Of a stretch of DNA of 64,000 nt, positions 26,401 through 40,700 are shown piece by piece. The DNA is from Ascidiella aspersa. Taxonomy: Eukaryota. The stretch spans positions 1,922,001 through 1,986,000 of the forward strand of contig OZ004608.1 of assembly GCA_963924565.1 (NCBI GenBank), read 5' to 3'. A model generated the notes under the pieces. That model had not been told where the DNA came from. It did no database searches and was given only the letters and a program-made list of their open reading frames with translations. The position numbers and the translations under genes are program-made. How positions within the stretch are numbered: the stretch's first letter is position 1; each line of letters opens with the position of its first letter.

Positions 26401-29400
26401 TTACATTTACAAAAAAAACGTTTAAAATCCTCCACTTTCCTATTACATTCTGCTTCTGCTCACAGATGAAGATAACTTACGACGATCAGTTCCTTATCAC
26501 GGTGTCAGAGGACGCTTGCTTAGCTGTGTGGAGGGTGTCGGACAAGGAGGGCAGGGGGGTCAAGCACGACCGGGAAGTCCCCTACGCCGAGGAGATTCTC
26601 ATCACAAAATCGGACCTCGAAGAAAAGGTGAGAATTTAATTTGCAAATTATTTTTAGAGTTTTTTTTCTTATTTTTTAGAGTTTTTGCAATTTTTCACAA
26701 TGATCTCTAGTATGAAAGGCTTTTTCTTACAAAATCTAAACAGTGTATTTTTGTGTATAATCACCTAACATTTCGGCGTAAGACTGTTATCAGCTATTAA
26801 CATGCCTACGGTATTTTTAATGTTCACAATGTGTGTATAGCTGTTAAATTGCAATAAATATTTGATAGCGATTTTTTTATCGCTGAGGCCGCTCAGTAAT
26901 TGATTAAAAATCATAAAACACGTCTGGTTCCTTTGTCAAACCTCTCTAAAGATGATTCTGTTGTACATTACATCTTTATTTTATACTCTTCCCAGAACCA
27001 ACTCATGTCCGAGTTGAAGACCCGGGTTGAAGAGTTGAAGATGGAAAACGAGTATCAGCTCCGACTCAAGGACATGAACTATAACGAGAAGATTAAGGAA
27101 CTTACCGAGAAGTTCATTCAGGTGGGGAATAAATTCAACGTCCAGTATGCGATGGGTATATTTTCCCTGACCGGGGTGTTTTGTTGTTTGGGCAACACTC
27201 AAATGTTTTAAACTGCAGGAGTTTTGAGAAAACAAGTACATTCGTAAATAAGTAAATCTCTCTTGATTATTTTTTTAAAGACGTTTCCAAACTCATTCGT
27301 TTTTGGTTGAATCGCATTATTGGAACAACTTTTTTTCTTTTTTTTTTCTTTTTTTTATATTATGCATATCGTTAACAAACATATTCGGGCGTTGCTGGCG
27401 ACTAAACTGATTCAAATTTCATTCAAATTCAAAGTCGGCCAACAGCTGTAAATCGACTACTTCCATAATAAGATTATTTTTCTACGAATTAAACAGAATC
27501 TTTATTGGACCTAAACACTGAACTAAAGTATTCATGAACGTTGTTTTATCAACGGTGGTTGTAACATTCTTCGAATCCACCTGTTTACTCGAAACGAAAC
27601 AAGTAACCCTTTTGTTGTTGCAGGAAATGGAAAGTCTTAAGACGAAAAACCAAGTTTTAAAAACGGAAAAAGAAAAGGAGATTGCAAAACATGAAGAAGA
27701 GTTGGCTGAAGTGGTCGATAAACACTCCAAGGATATGCAAGACCTCGGTATGTGATAAAATAACAACTTTGTTCAATCATATCAGATAAAATAACTACAC
27801 TTTTAATCTTCTGAGCGGTTAAATTTTTTCATTTAATGTTAAAAAAATGTAAAATAATTTATAATAAAGTGTGTTTTTTAACATACAGACCTTAACAAGC
27901 ATACTTTTTTTACTTTATTACATGTTGCTCCTTAAAACCGTTTGTTACTTGCTATATATGGTGACACGACAAAAGGTTTTCTTCAGTCGTAAGACTGCCA
28001 CCTGATTGTCGGTAAATCAATAATACAAAAAACAAACAACAACCAGAAGTTGATGCTTGAGTCTCAACTGCTATCGTTTAAGTCTGCCACACCAAACTAG
28101 TTTTAGGTTACCCTTCCACTCTCTTAATCCTCTTCATATTGTAGAATCAACGAACAACCAGAAGTTGATGCTTGAGTATGAGAAATACCAGGAGCTCCAG
28201 GCAAAGTCCCAACGGATGCAGGAAGATTACGAGAGGCAGCTCCAGGATGCAGATGAGAGCAAGGAACAGGCTCTGGAGGAACTGACTGAGTACTACGAGA
28301 CCAAATTGCAAGAGAAGAGCTCACAGCTTGAACAGGTGGGGAGAATTAAGGGTCCTTTACTCTTTTTTTTGGGGGGGGGGGGGCAAATTTTCATAATTTT
28401 CGCATAATTTGTCTAATATTAAAAACAATTTGGAAATCCCAAATGGTAAATTAACAACAGGTTAAGAACCATTTACCTCTCTGTGGATTCATATCTTAAA
28501 TCGAATGAATTTGTTGTTAAAACAGAAACAGCATCAGTGTAAATAGAAGTATCTTCAGCTCCTATCGCGACAAGGTAGTAACACCAACTTTTGTAGGGAC
28601 AACTACAATGTCAAGGCACCATGTGCTCAGTGACCTTTGACCGCAAATAATAGAATGCTTACACACTTAAATAGGTCATGAAAGCACTTACATCAAAATG
28701 CGGTTTTAGCAAACTCACAGTTAATCTTAAAACTCCCTAATCTTTTTCATAATCCCGTTGTTGCACAGAAAAATAGAAAAAATAGAAAAATAATCCGGAT
28801 AACAATTTTGTAAAACCGGAATATTATCCGCTGTGGATGTTCCACTTTTCTTAATTTTAGCGTCACTCTGTAAGGAAAAGGGAACATCTACAGCGAAATA
28901 TTATTATTTCTTATAGATTTCCCACTTATTTATGTCTTATCATCGTATTATGACCTCCCTAATGTTTTTCATCTTCCCATTGTTCCACAGGCGAACGACG
29001 AGGCTCGTCAGCAGCAGCGCGAATACGAGGAGACGAAGCGTCAGATCGAGGAGGATGCAGACCGTGAGATCCTCGACATCAAGAACAAGTACGAGCGGAG
29101 GTTGAGGGATGAGATCGAGACAAACATGAGGCTCAAGGGAGAGTCCGGCATTATGAGGAAGAAGGTGACAAGAAGCTGATAAAAACTTAAAAAACTTTAA
29201 AAAAAAACCTGAGGAAAGATTTAAAAAAAAAGTTTAAAACAAAAAAAAACTTAAAAAAACTTAAAAAAATATAAAAATTCATTTATTTTAAAACTGTTAT
29301 TTTCGTGCAAGTTTTTGTTGTCTGAAAGTGATTTAAAAACAATAGTAGGTTAACAGCAAGTAACTCAACTTCTCAACAATAAAGCAAATTTTAGCTTACT

Positions 29401-32400
29401 AACCTGGAAAATTATATTTGACTTAATTTCATATCTTTTGTTTGTTTGCGCATAGTAATGACGTCATTTGGTATCGTATCGGATCGCGATAGTTTTTATC
29501 CAAATATCGGAAACGGAATGAAATGTCAGGCGTCGTACTTACCTGGACGCTACATACCATTGCTTTACTTCTTCATGCACAGTTCAACAGCCTCAACAAG
29601 AGATCAAAATATAAAAACGAAAACTGTATAACAGTATATGTAAACAAAGGACCTGAAGTAAAGATTTCCAAAGTTATATGTATACAACCTTATTTAAAGG
29701 GAGTCTTATACCTTACGTTATGTTTTTGTGCGCAGTTCAACAGCCTCAACAAGGAGATCGACAGCAAGAACGAGGAGATCCGAACGATGCAGCAGGAAAA
29801 GCAGAAGTTGGAGAACGTGATTAAGTCTCTGGAGAAAGACATCCACGGGCTGAAGAAGGAGATTCAGGAGAGAGATGAAACCATCCAAGATAAGGTGGGA
29901 AACTTGCGCTCTTATGCTTGTAGTTTGTTGGATTTGTTGTCATTTAAGCAAAAATACTCATCCCAAGAAATAATAAATCCTAAGTGTAGCCAGGGTTAAT
30001 TTTTATTTTGCTAAATTTGGTAAATTTTTTTGTTTTATTATATAATTACTATTATATTTTTATTGCATGTTACTATTTAGAATAAGGTAGGAAGTATGCG
30101 CTTCTCGAGAAAACCTCGCTAAGGGAGGCAGTTATTGCTTGTAGCTGCCGGATTTGTCCGTTCTTAAGCAAAATACTCTTCGAGAAATGTCCATAACCGC
30201 TGTAGTTTACAACCCAGCAAAGTGTAACTAGGGATGGATCCAGGGGCAAACTATTGCTAAATTTTTCAATTTAGCTACTACAATTTTTTTATTCCTTGTC
30301 ATCATTCAGGATAAGGTGGACTCCCTACCTAGCCCCTCGGGAAATAATCCTTAATTAATCCTGTTTCGGCTTGAAGGCTTTTAGCTGTTGAATTTTGACC
30401 TTTCTTTAGTAAAATAATGAAGTTTATTTTAAGTATTTTTAAAGATTATATCCAAATACGAAGACAGGACTCATATTTTTAAATTTGAGTTTTTTCTGCC
30501 ATTGCCTTATTTTTGTTTGTCCACTTTAAGATTAAAAAAATCTTAGTTATCACTGGGTCGCCAAAGCTTGACTGTTATATGCCAAGAAAAAGGTTGAGAA
30601 ACACTGACTTAATTTGATAAAAAAGTTTACTCTACCAACTGCTAATGTGTAATTTTGTAGACGATAACCTCAGTACTTTTTCACCCTAAAATGTGAACAT
30701 TTTTCTTTTCTCAGGAAAAACGCATTTACGATTTGAAGAAGAAGAACCAGGAGTTGGAGAAGTTCAAGTTTGTGTTGGATTATAAGATCAAGGAATTGAA
30801 GAAACAAATTGAACCGAGGGAGAACGACATCAAGGCAATGAAGGAACAAATACAGGTAAATACCCTAAAATCGAAGATATTAAAGCTGTTTTCAGCTATA
30901 CAATGTTCAAGAAAAACTCCAAAAAATAACAGCGGTTAACAGCGAAATAAGTGTTTCCTTTAGGCAAAGGGTTGGCAAAATCAGGACTCCGACAGTTAAA
31001 AAATACCTTTTTCGGATCTGTAAAGATACTTTACAAGCTCGTATCGAAACGTCTTAACCAAGATGTTGTCGATTTACTCGACCTTGTTACTTTACTGTTA
31101 ATGTTAAAGCTACATTACTGATCTGTGCATAGTATGTTTCCCCTTCCACTTGATATTTGTTTTAATATTCTCCCTTTCCACTCCTTAATCTTCGCCTTTG
31201 TTCGTTCAATGGAAATTTGTTTTTCATCCTGATCGGTTTAAGCCACGTGACTATTTTTTCTTTCTCTCAAGAGATAGATGTTTCGTTTATTGTCACCTAA
31301 TTTCAACCCTCTTGTTGATAAAAAAAAACATGTTTTCAACTGATCCTTATTTGTGTTCACAGGAGATGGAGAGTGAGCTTGAGAGGTTCCACAAGCAGAA
31401 CACTCAGCTCGAGCTGAACATCACTGAGCTTAAGCAGAAGTTGAGGGCAACAGATAAGGAACTGCACTTCGAGAGACAGAGGGTAGGTTTATTGATATTT
31501 TCACAAAATGCAATTATCTCAATATTAAAAGAAATATATTTGTTTTTAAGTTCCCAGAATTCCTGTGACAACGTTTATTTTGAATAAAAGTTTCTAATGC
31601 CAGTAAGTTAAACACCATTGAAAGTTTACTATCCCCCATAGTTCGTGCTGCGAACCTTAAAGGGAACACTTGGTTAATCAGTGCCCCCCACCCCCCCAAA
31701 AAGAGGGTGCCCCCCCAAAAAAAAACAATTACCCCCTTATTATAGCTCGGCTGTCATACTTCCGACTCTGTTGGAAAACCCCTCAATTTTCGCCGCCAAA
31801 GTGGTTTTGGCGTTAAACTTATTAGTACCGGAAAAACTTGCTGTGTGCCGCTTCTAATTAAGATGCAACTTTTATTGACTTTAGGCCTAAAATATTCGTT
31901 TCGCAGAAAAGAGGAACTAATATTTATGCTGAAATCACGTTTTAGCACACGCATCAATCGGAAAAAAAACTTTCTTAATTCTCAAAATAAAGCCATCTGA
32001 AAAAAAACTCTTTTATCTATTTTAATTAAACGATATGGATTTTTATTTATTGAAAAAGCGAAATATTAGTTTTTAAAGATTGCTTCTACAAAATGTATTC
32101 AATTTAAAGAAATTCGGTTTCGGCAACCTACTGGCCTTCTTGCTTTTCTACTTCAACAAGTTTTTTCCGGTCCATGGGGCAGAGATGTCTATACCATTTA
32201 CTGAAAATTTCTCACACAAGTCTTGTTTTTTTGGTTATTTTAACGATTTTTTCTCCCCAGGTTCGAGACGCCGAAGCAGTGAGCAAGCGGATGAAGACCG
32301 ATATCCACAATTGCGTCGGCTTCCTGCAGGAGCCCAAGAAACTGAAGGAATCAATCAAGGGAGTCTACGAAACCTACGTACATGATGACGTGGTAAGTGG

Positions 32401-35067
32401 TGACGTCACGATTACAATGACGTGTAATTGGTGATGTCATTAAGCCACAGCGATTGTGGTGATTTTGACAATGATAAAATGCTGTCTTTGGTAGCTTGAA
32501 AATTAATCATTCCAGCATTTTAATAATTTTTTATTATTTGTTAAAACTTTTGAATGCAGATGATGATTTCTATTTCGTTTTATTACTGGTTTATTGCAGG
32601 TCAGGATATTTTTTAAAAGCGGTTTTTCTAGGGGTAACCATGCAAATTAAATAAGAAATCAGTAGCCTTCGACTTTGCTTAGGCCTTAGAGATCCTAAAA
32701 ACACTCAAGAAGCCTAAAAAAGCGCATTTTGTGTCGTCATACCCAGACTTTGACAACTAGATTTATTTTAGCTTTTCAAAATTAGATTAGAAAAAAAATT
32801 GAATTTTTCATTAAAGAATATCATTAAATTGTTCTCAATCAATTTTGTTTAAATCGTGAAATATTCTCATAAGAAAGTATATGGCAAATATTTTTGTGCT
32901 ATTATTGGTATTTTTAGCATAGAAAATACTTTTCAGACTGAAAAGTTCTACAAGTTGTTCAGACGAAAGAGTTAAAAACCCGAATTAGATTAAACTCACA
33001 TCTAAAGCAGATAAGCAATCCGCCAATTAGATTAGAATTGGAATTATGTAGTTGTCCAAGTGTGGCCATAACTGCATTATTCCCACTTACCTATCGTATC
33101 TTCCATGCTTGTACACCAGGCGGAGTCGACAGGTGTGGACCAGGACATCACCAAGGAATATTCTCGACAAAGAGAACATCTTGAACGCTCTGTCGCCTCC
33201 TTGCGGAAGAAGCTGTCCAAGGACACGGAGATTCACCGAGCAGATAATGTCCGCATTATGCAGGTGGAAACAACGCTACATTTACTGTTTTACTTATTTT
33301 AGGGGTTCGCATTATGCAGGTGGGAAGAAAGATAGATTGACTTTTATATCACCACCTTTATTCCTAATTACGTTTTATTACACTATTGTTTTTTGGTGTT
33401 TTTCACGAAGGGTTGCATTATGCAGGTAAACAACAACCCCCTTACTACCTTTATTTCTAATTACTTTTCATTACAACATTGCTTTTGGTATGATTTTGGG
33501 GTTTGTATTAAAATTGTGGGTTCCTTTTATTTTTGCAATCTTCATCTTTTATCGCTAATTACTGTTTGTAAAAGGATTGCTTTTAAACGATAAAATGACC
33601 GCACTATGCGGTGAAAACAACAGACTAGAGTCACTTGCCTTCATTTTCTAATTTCTACGTTTATTTCTTAAACTTTTTGCAACCGTACTTTTTTTTGTTG
33701 AAGCAACAATACTTGAAACAATTTTGGATGAAAAACGCTACACGACCCCAGACTAAGCGCCGAAGCGCGAATTTAAAACCGTTATTGTGTTGGGTTTCAT
33801 TTTGAAAAACAGTATCATGAGTAGAACAAAACAAATTCACAGAACTCAAAAACTTTTACCTTACAAAAGGGGCCTTTGAGCTTTAACAGTATAGTGCTTA
33901 GAAGCGTTTTACTTATTATTCTCTTCAAAACTGTTTTTTTTTACTTTTAATTCTACGTTTTATCCAAATAGTTAGCGGAGCAGTAATAAAATCTGGAGCA
34001 TTAAATGATATATATTTTCTAAATCGATAAAGATTCACCCAAATGCTATATAGATACCAGAATCACCGCATTTAAAGTCATCCCTAACCAACCGAATCTG
34101 TCCATCAACCCGGTGTTCTATGATACGAGAAACGTTATCGTTGGTCAAAAGCGACTTGTACATCTTTTACAGCATTTAAACCTTGGAAATAGTCACTGAC
34201 TTACGTTAAATTGCCGTTTGGTTGCTTTTATTGATATTATCTAACAAGCACTTTTTGACCTGTGCAGGAGAACGTGACCTTGATCAAGGAGATAAATGAC
34301 CTTCGGCGCGAGCTCAAGTTCACGCGTACCCAGGTTCATGACCTTGAGGCTAACCTTGGCAACAACCGCAAGAACGCAGGTGGAAGTAAGGGAGGAACAA
34401 AACGATCCGACACCGCCGCTACTGGTACGGATTTATTTAGTTTTTTTTTAATCCCTGTGGTTTTATTGTTTTTTATCACCCCCCCCCCCCCCTCCACACA
34501 CACTTTTTTTTTTGAACCAGTTTTTTTATAGTTCAGTAAACATTTTTACCAATTTTTGTGAAAGGACAATTATAATTTTTTTGAAATCTAAATTTAAAAC
34601 ATTTGAGGACCAGCAACCTTGTTTTACTGAACTTATTTTGACCCCTGCGTTACCTCCTTGTGTTTGTGAGCGCAGTGTCGGAAGTGAGTGATGGTCGGAG
34701 CGTCCTGCGGCAAAACCCCGATGATGAACTTCCAAGAATAGTCGACATACAGAAGTCAGAGATAAGGAAGCTTAGGAACCAGGTATGAACCGTGTTTGAA
34801 GGCAAACATGGTTGAAATATATTCTATCGCATCCTATATTTTTTGCAGATAAAAAAATATGTTGTACCTTTGGTTAATAAACTGTTAACTAAAATAAGTT
34901 TTATATTTGAAACTAATGATGCCTGTTTATACACCAAAAAAAGTCTTATGATTTCAAATTTAGAAATTATTTAATTCTATGCGTTTCAGATAATGGATCT
35001 TGAAGACCAGCTAATGCGCCGTCCGCCTTCGGGGGGTAAATTGCCCCCCATGGTCCTCACGCAGTGA
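17442..35067 (+). CDS. CFAP57: Cilia- and flagella-associated protein 57 (WD-repeat + coiled coil), 25 exons, 1233 aa
   Basis: Exons: 17442-17616, 18111-18226, 18786-18968, 19741-19881, 20417-20544, 21150-21333, 22287-22440, 22889-23027, 23549-23714, 24404-24517, 24997-25209, 25678-25851, 26466-26627, 26996-27121, 27624-27747, 28145-28335, 28991-29164, 29736-29894, 30715-30855, 31363-31482, 32261-32392, 33120-33263, 34268-34424, 34676-34782, 34990-35067. All junctions are GT-AG with consistent phases, 3702 nt total. Recognisable motifs: [112 protein letters not shown]. Confidence 0.96.
20726..21050 (+). mobile_element. Dimeric tRNA-derived repeat (SINE-like) in CFAP57 intron 5
   Basis: Two ~139-bp tandem units, each ending in a tRNA-like module with an A box (TAGCTCAGTTGG / TAGCTCAGTTAA) and a B box (GAGTTCGAAC). 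They are followed by a body (agcctgc.ctgcttgcatcatt...attcggtgagtctgcgatg) that also occurs at ~53790-53860. Confidence 0.75.
28484..28720 (+). repeat. Dispersed ~240-bp repeat; inverted copy at ~47030-47290
   Basis: caaggtagtaacaccaact...gacaactacaatgtcaaggcaccatgtgctcagtgacctttgaccgcaa...gcacttacatcaaaatgcg is reverse-complemented in ALG2 intron 4. Confidence 0.85.
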
Positions 35068-37127
35068 CAAGGTCGTTCCAAGGTCAAGCAAGCGATTGTG
35101 GCAACTTTTTTAACAATACTGTGTAAATCGAATATCGCACTTTTTTTATGAGTGTTTACGAAATACTTTTATGTTGATGCTAGAAGTTTCAAGCCTTTTT
35201 TGAAATATATCTCGAAACAAAAACGTTGTATTTTTTGGAAAGTTTAGCTAGACGTAGAATTAATATCAAATCCCATACAGAAGTAGGTATCACATGTTAA
35301 AAAATGTATAAAAAATATTTAAAACGTTTAAAATGATACCTACTTCTATACGGGGTTTGATATTCTTGCTGTACTTTTTTCTTATTAAGACAGAACTAGA
35401 CAAAGATTATAAAGTTTTCAGGCAATATTTATTGAAGTGATTTGTCTGTCTAAAATCTTATAATGCACAACAAAGTTTAGGAACTAGAACGTTATATGAG
35501 GCACGTTTTCACTAACTTGTGATTTTGATACAGATTAATATATAGCTGGCCTGGCCTCATCTGTTATAAAAATGGTCTTTGTAAGAATTCTATGTTTGAA
35601 TGTAGCTTTTCTTCAAACACTAAACAATTTAACCTCGTTTGGTTTTGCGTTTAAAATATCACATTTGAGGTTTCAACATTTTTGATTTTTTTCCCAATCT
35701 AACATTCGCCTTTTAACTAAAGTGTAAAAATACCCAAGTTCAACATACAAAAAAAACATACAGGAAATACACCTGTAATTGTGTTCTCACAAATATTACA
35801 AAATACTTGTTGGTTTACGTTTGTTTTACTTTCAATTAATATTTTGTTGGGACCTTACAGAGGTGTAAGTTTATTTTTAAATTAATCAAGCGTAACTGAT
35901 TACTCGGGACCAACTAGTGATGGCTGATTGGTTTTAAGCAAATGTTGATTTTAATAAAGTCTGCCGATTTTTTACTCTGCCCTTAAAAGATCATTTTGCC
36001 AAAATAGCAATAACTATATTTTAGATATCCTTATAATAAAGTTTCGGTGATAACACAAAATACAATTACATACTGTATTGCTATAAAAACAGAAGTGTAA
36101 ACTTATTTTCTGTAAACTGTAGTGTAACACATTAAGAAGTCGTCTTGTCTGCTAACTTTGTTTTAAAAATTATCGGTATAACTTTACTGTACTTACTTTT
36201 AATTTTGCGACCACTATTGAAGGAAGTCAAACCTACTTTTTTGTGTAACTTTTTGGTCTTTGCTGTCCTAACTGTGTCACCACATGAAAAAAGGACAAGC
36301 AAAACAAGTCAAACACACGATTTTGAAGATTTTTTTTATAAATACGATGCATTTACACGCGCTACATAAATGTGTTCCATCAATTGCGCGTAAAAACAAG
36401 CGTAACAAGAAAAATATGCACTAATAGTCCTACAAAAGCACGCGTCAAGTTTGCTGGGAACGAAGTTTCAAATTTTTTACAAATTGTGTTTAATTGTTGG
36501 TGACCGTTTACCCTTTTAGAAGAAAAACATCATTAAACCTAAACATTGTTTGTAGAAAAAGAGAAAAATTTGACAAAGCAACAGAAAGTAATGTTAACAT
36601 TTTGAGCATATAAATGTCACAGAACAAAAAGTTTGGAATATACTGAGCAAATACAGACACCGCTCTTAAAAGGGGCTTGGGTGCGCCTTAAAACAGTGTA
36701 ATAGAAGACCGATTAAAACATTAATTTGTAGCACAAGAATATTATGTGTTTATCAGAAGTTGTACTTACATGGTTCTGAAAAAAGTAAAAAAAGTTTCTT
36801 GTTAAAAATATTTTTAATTAACTTTTCTGGCTTGCTGTCAATAAAACCAGCCGCAAGTGGGTAAAAAGACTAGTTTGATGTCGAAGTTTGTGCTTACGGG
36901 TCTTAAAAGAAGGAACGAGCCATAAAATGTTGAGAAGCACTGTGTTAGAATAAGGAACTGAAGATGCGTTGGTAACGACAACAACAAAAATGTACTTAAG
37001 GATGCGTGGTCTGCAAGGAAATCGCTTCAAATGTACAATCACTTCAGCAGAAAGCACAAACACAAAGAAGCAATGTTAAGTACCTGGTGAAAAATTATGC
37101 AGAAACTTTGAAAAGGGACTTGGCCCT

Positions 37128-37470
37128 ATTTAACGCGCTTAGGTGGCATTTTGGGGATGACCGTTATTTTATTCAAACTTTTAGGAAAAAGAAGAGACAA
37201 AAAACGAAAACAATTTCATGGACAGTTTATGAAGCCGCTTTACGATCCATCTTTTTGTTGATATAATGAATTGCAAAGACAAAAATCAAGTAAATCGACA
37301 TTATCTTGAAAAAGCCGGCCTCTTTTATAACGCGCGGTTAAGTGGAATTTTTGGGCTGCTTTAAAATCGACCGACCTTCTTTTATTTGAACTTTTATGAA
37401 ATAGAGACAAAAAACGAAAACAACTTCACGGCAAGTTCATAAAGCCGCTCCACGATCGATTTTTATGCTT
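37128..37470 (+). repeat. Degenerate ~200-bp tandem duplication between CFAP57 and ALG2 3' ends
   Basis: taacgcgc...gagacaaaaaacgaaaacaa.ttca.gg...aagccgct..acgatc.at occurs twice. Confidence 0.7.
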
Positions 37471-37756
37471 TGCAATTCATAATTGAGCTACATTACAGAT
37501 CCGTGCATAGTGCACCCAAGTATATCTTTGTAATTTTGATGATTTTTTTTTTCGTTCCTAAATCCGCCGTAGAACATCAAAAGGCAAACTACTGCATTAA
37601 AGTATACAATCTCATATTTCAAACAGTTTTTTGCTTAATTTTATCCAAAAAAACGAAAGTCGGACTTCTGTAAAGCGTTTAGAAAAACTGGCAACTGTTC
37701 CACCACTGGGGTCGCTGTGGAGCTCGCGGGGTCAACGAGAGGTCAAAGTTGAAGGG

Positions 37757-40700
37757 TCAGTCAACGATTGACATGATGATTCCGTTAAGGTTGTCGGAGA
37801 ATTTGTTGAATGAGAAGTTCTGGTTGACCCTTGACCTCCCGGCTTCACCCATGCGTAACGCCAGTCCTTCTTCTTCGATCAAACTTATCCTGGAAGAAAA
37901 TTAAAATGAGATTTCACGGTTTACGAAAATAAAGCCTTTAAGGAACTCTTGTCAACGCTAATGTGGTTCTGGCGCCGAGCCGATAGCAATTTAATATAGA
38001 TATGTTCACCTTGATTTGCTAACACAGCAATTTCGAACTTCAATTCATTGAAAAATGCTAGGTTAATAACTGGTGGAGATTGAAGTTCTGCCGACCCGAG
38101 AAAAAATATCTTTTTAAAGTTTTAATTTACTTTGCTTGTGAGCATACCAATGACGTCATATAATATTGGTGCCGCAATAAAGTGTCAAGTATCGGAAATC
38201 CCTGATAGTATTTTATAAATGTGAAACTTGTGTTGTTTGAGATTTATACAAGGCTTGGGCATGGAATAAATTCAGGTTGAATATTAACGCCGTCATCAAA
38301 AAAGCGTATGAACTATTTTCACTATCAGGCCTGCCTGACAATCCTGGATTGAAGCCGACACCCTTTTAACGGTCACGCAGATTATTGCCTGATAAATGTT
38401 TAAAAACGTTTAACTCTTTTCGTCAAGAAGTTTTGCGACAAGTCGCACGCGCACCCTTGAATGTGACATGCAAACAAAGTGCAATGCTGCGTGATGTTTT
38501 TGAAATGGTACGACTAAATAATCGATTATAGCACACAGCACTTGGCTAAGCATGCAATACATATTTTAAGTAACGAAAACCCGTGACAATTGTCAATTGA
38601 GAATAACTCCCAAACGTAAAACTTTAGGTTGCAGCAGTAATTGGCTTTGGACCCAATCACTATAGCTAACAAACGGTAGTATCGTTACTCGTCCGATACT
38701 TAGTTGTATCGGTGCTGATCCAATACCGAGTTAACATTGATTTCAGCCATGATTTAACGCAGATATTTCTACATAGAAAGATAAATTTATAAAAAGTAGT
38801 AGGTTAATAACTGAAGGTAACTAAACTTCTCAACAATAAAGCGATCTTTGACCCATTTTATAACATTTTGCACAACCCAATTTTTATAGATTTTGAACTC
38901 CCCAACAACCCACGCAAGGCTCAGTGGAATTGAGAGCAGCCATCACAACTTTAAGCCGCGTTCTGCTTCAACTAAACCAAACCTTGTAACTTAGATAAAA
39001 GTTTTAACCTGTTGTTTGCCAACTTTACGCTACATTTAAGCCGACGATTGAAGCCAGGCCAATTTCACGCCTTGCTCGACACTTTTTTGCTTAAAAAGGC
39101 TCAAAAAACGTGTTTTCGGCCCAAAAACTGGAACAAACACAACATTTCAACACAGACCCGCAAATATGCAGCAAAGCTAAATAATGAGCTGGCGTTGGTT
39201 TCAAATTCAGCCGGCGGCTATATGATGAAGCTTATTGCGATAAAACATTGCCGATTCGATGAAAAGCGAGTTTTGCGTAGAAACTCATTATTCTTAAAAT
39301 GTACAACAAGAAGTGTCCGACACTTAATATTTTATTCCGCTACAGATATCTTATATTTTGAAAAAATATACCCGCGCTAAAATCCGATACAAAATGACAT
39401 CTTTACCATTCTGAAACAAGCAAAATAGTTAAACTTAGAACGTTCAAAGGTATTTTTTAAGGTTATTAGGCCGAATTGCTTTAGCGTTAAAAGTTTAGTT
39501 ACTTCCAGTTGTTAACCTGCTGTATTTTGACCAAATTCTTTTAAGCTAGGAATCTCTGCATTTTTTTCCCAAATCGTTCCTATATTAAGTTGGTATCGCA
39601 GCCTAGTATGGGATGAGTACCGATACTACCACTTGACATCAGATATACCTTGACACAGAAATTTAGCGAGGCTTTATTCTTATAAGTTGCCTTAAATATC
39701 AGCCAAAGATTGCTTCCTTCGCAAACTTTTACGAATACTTACATTTAAGTTTAAAAGTTACTCGTATGTAAGTTACTCAATACTTACATTGCAGTGGCGA
39801 AGTTTTCAGCCGTTGGTTTGCGAAGGAATCCAGTTTCTCCGTCAGCTATCGTCTCCAATGGACCTCCACTGTTCACACCAATCACTGGTTTCTGGAACAA
39901 AAATGTAAGTTTAAAAAATTACGATAAAAAGTTGTAGTCTAGAGGTCTAGAAAATTTGACGGGCTCGGTCGAGTCATGGGTCATACTCCCAAGGCCATTG
40001 TAATTTAAAAACATTGGCAAGACGTCCCATAATAAGGATCACAACGATAAAAGTTGTAGCTTAGGAATTACTAAACTTCGGCCCTAAAGTTAAATCCTTC
40101 CGGCCCACGGTATATTTCCATAATTTTCACACTGCTAGTAATTTATTGACGATATTTGTTTGTTTTTTGCTAAATTTAAACGAAATTTGAAACTGAACGA
40201 CAATTTTATGAAGCTCCCTATGCATGTTGTTGAAGATTTTTTAAGTTTTCTTAGTTTATTAATAATAAAGTAAATAAAGTTTAAAACAAAAAGTTTTTAT
40301 CCGGCCCGCCATCTTCCGTCTTTACAGTTATTTGACCTTTAGTTACCCTGTCAACACTAATGTGGCATCGGCGCCGACCCTATATCAAATTAATGCACGA
40401 GTTTTATTGATATTTAAATAAAACGCAGCGATTTCTATCAACGAAAATACTCGGTTAGATATTTCTCAGCAAAAAATATAAATATTGGACACAGCGTATT
40501 TTGAACCCTTCAGGATGGCCTTGAACAATAGTCTACAAAGCAAGTAAGGTATTCATTTATTTATGAATAACTGTATAGTAGAAAGCTATGGACGGCAACT
40601 ATTATAATACGAATTATACTTCTGTTTGTTTTTGTGACCCAGCTCTGTTTTTTTTTCATTGCTTTATATTGCGTCATATACTCTCGTGCGAATGTGAGGC

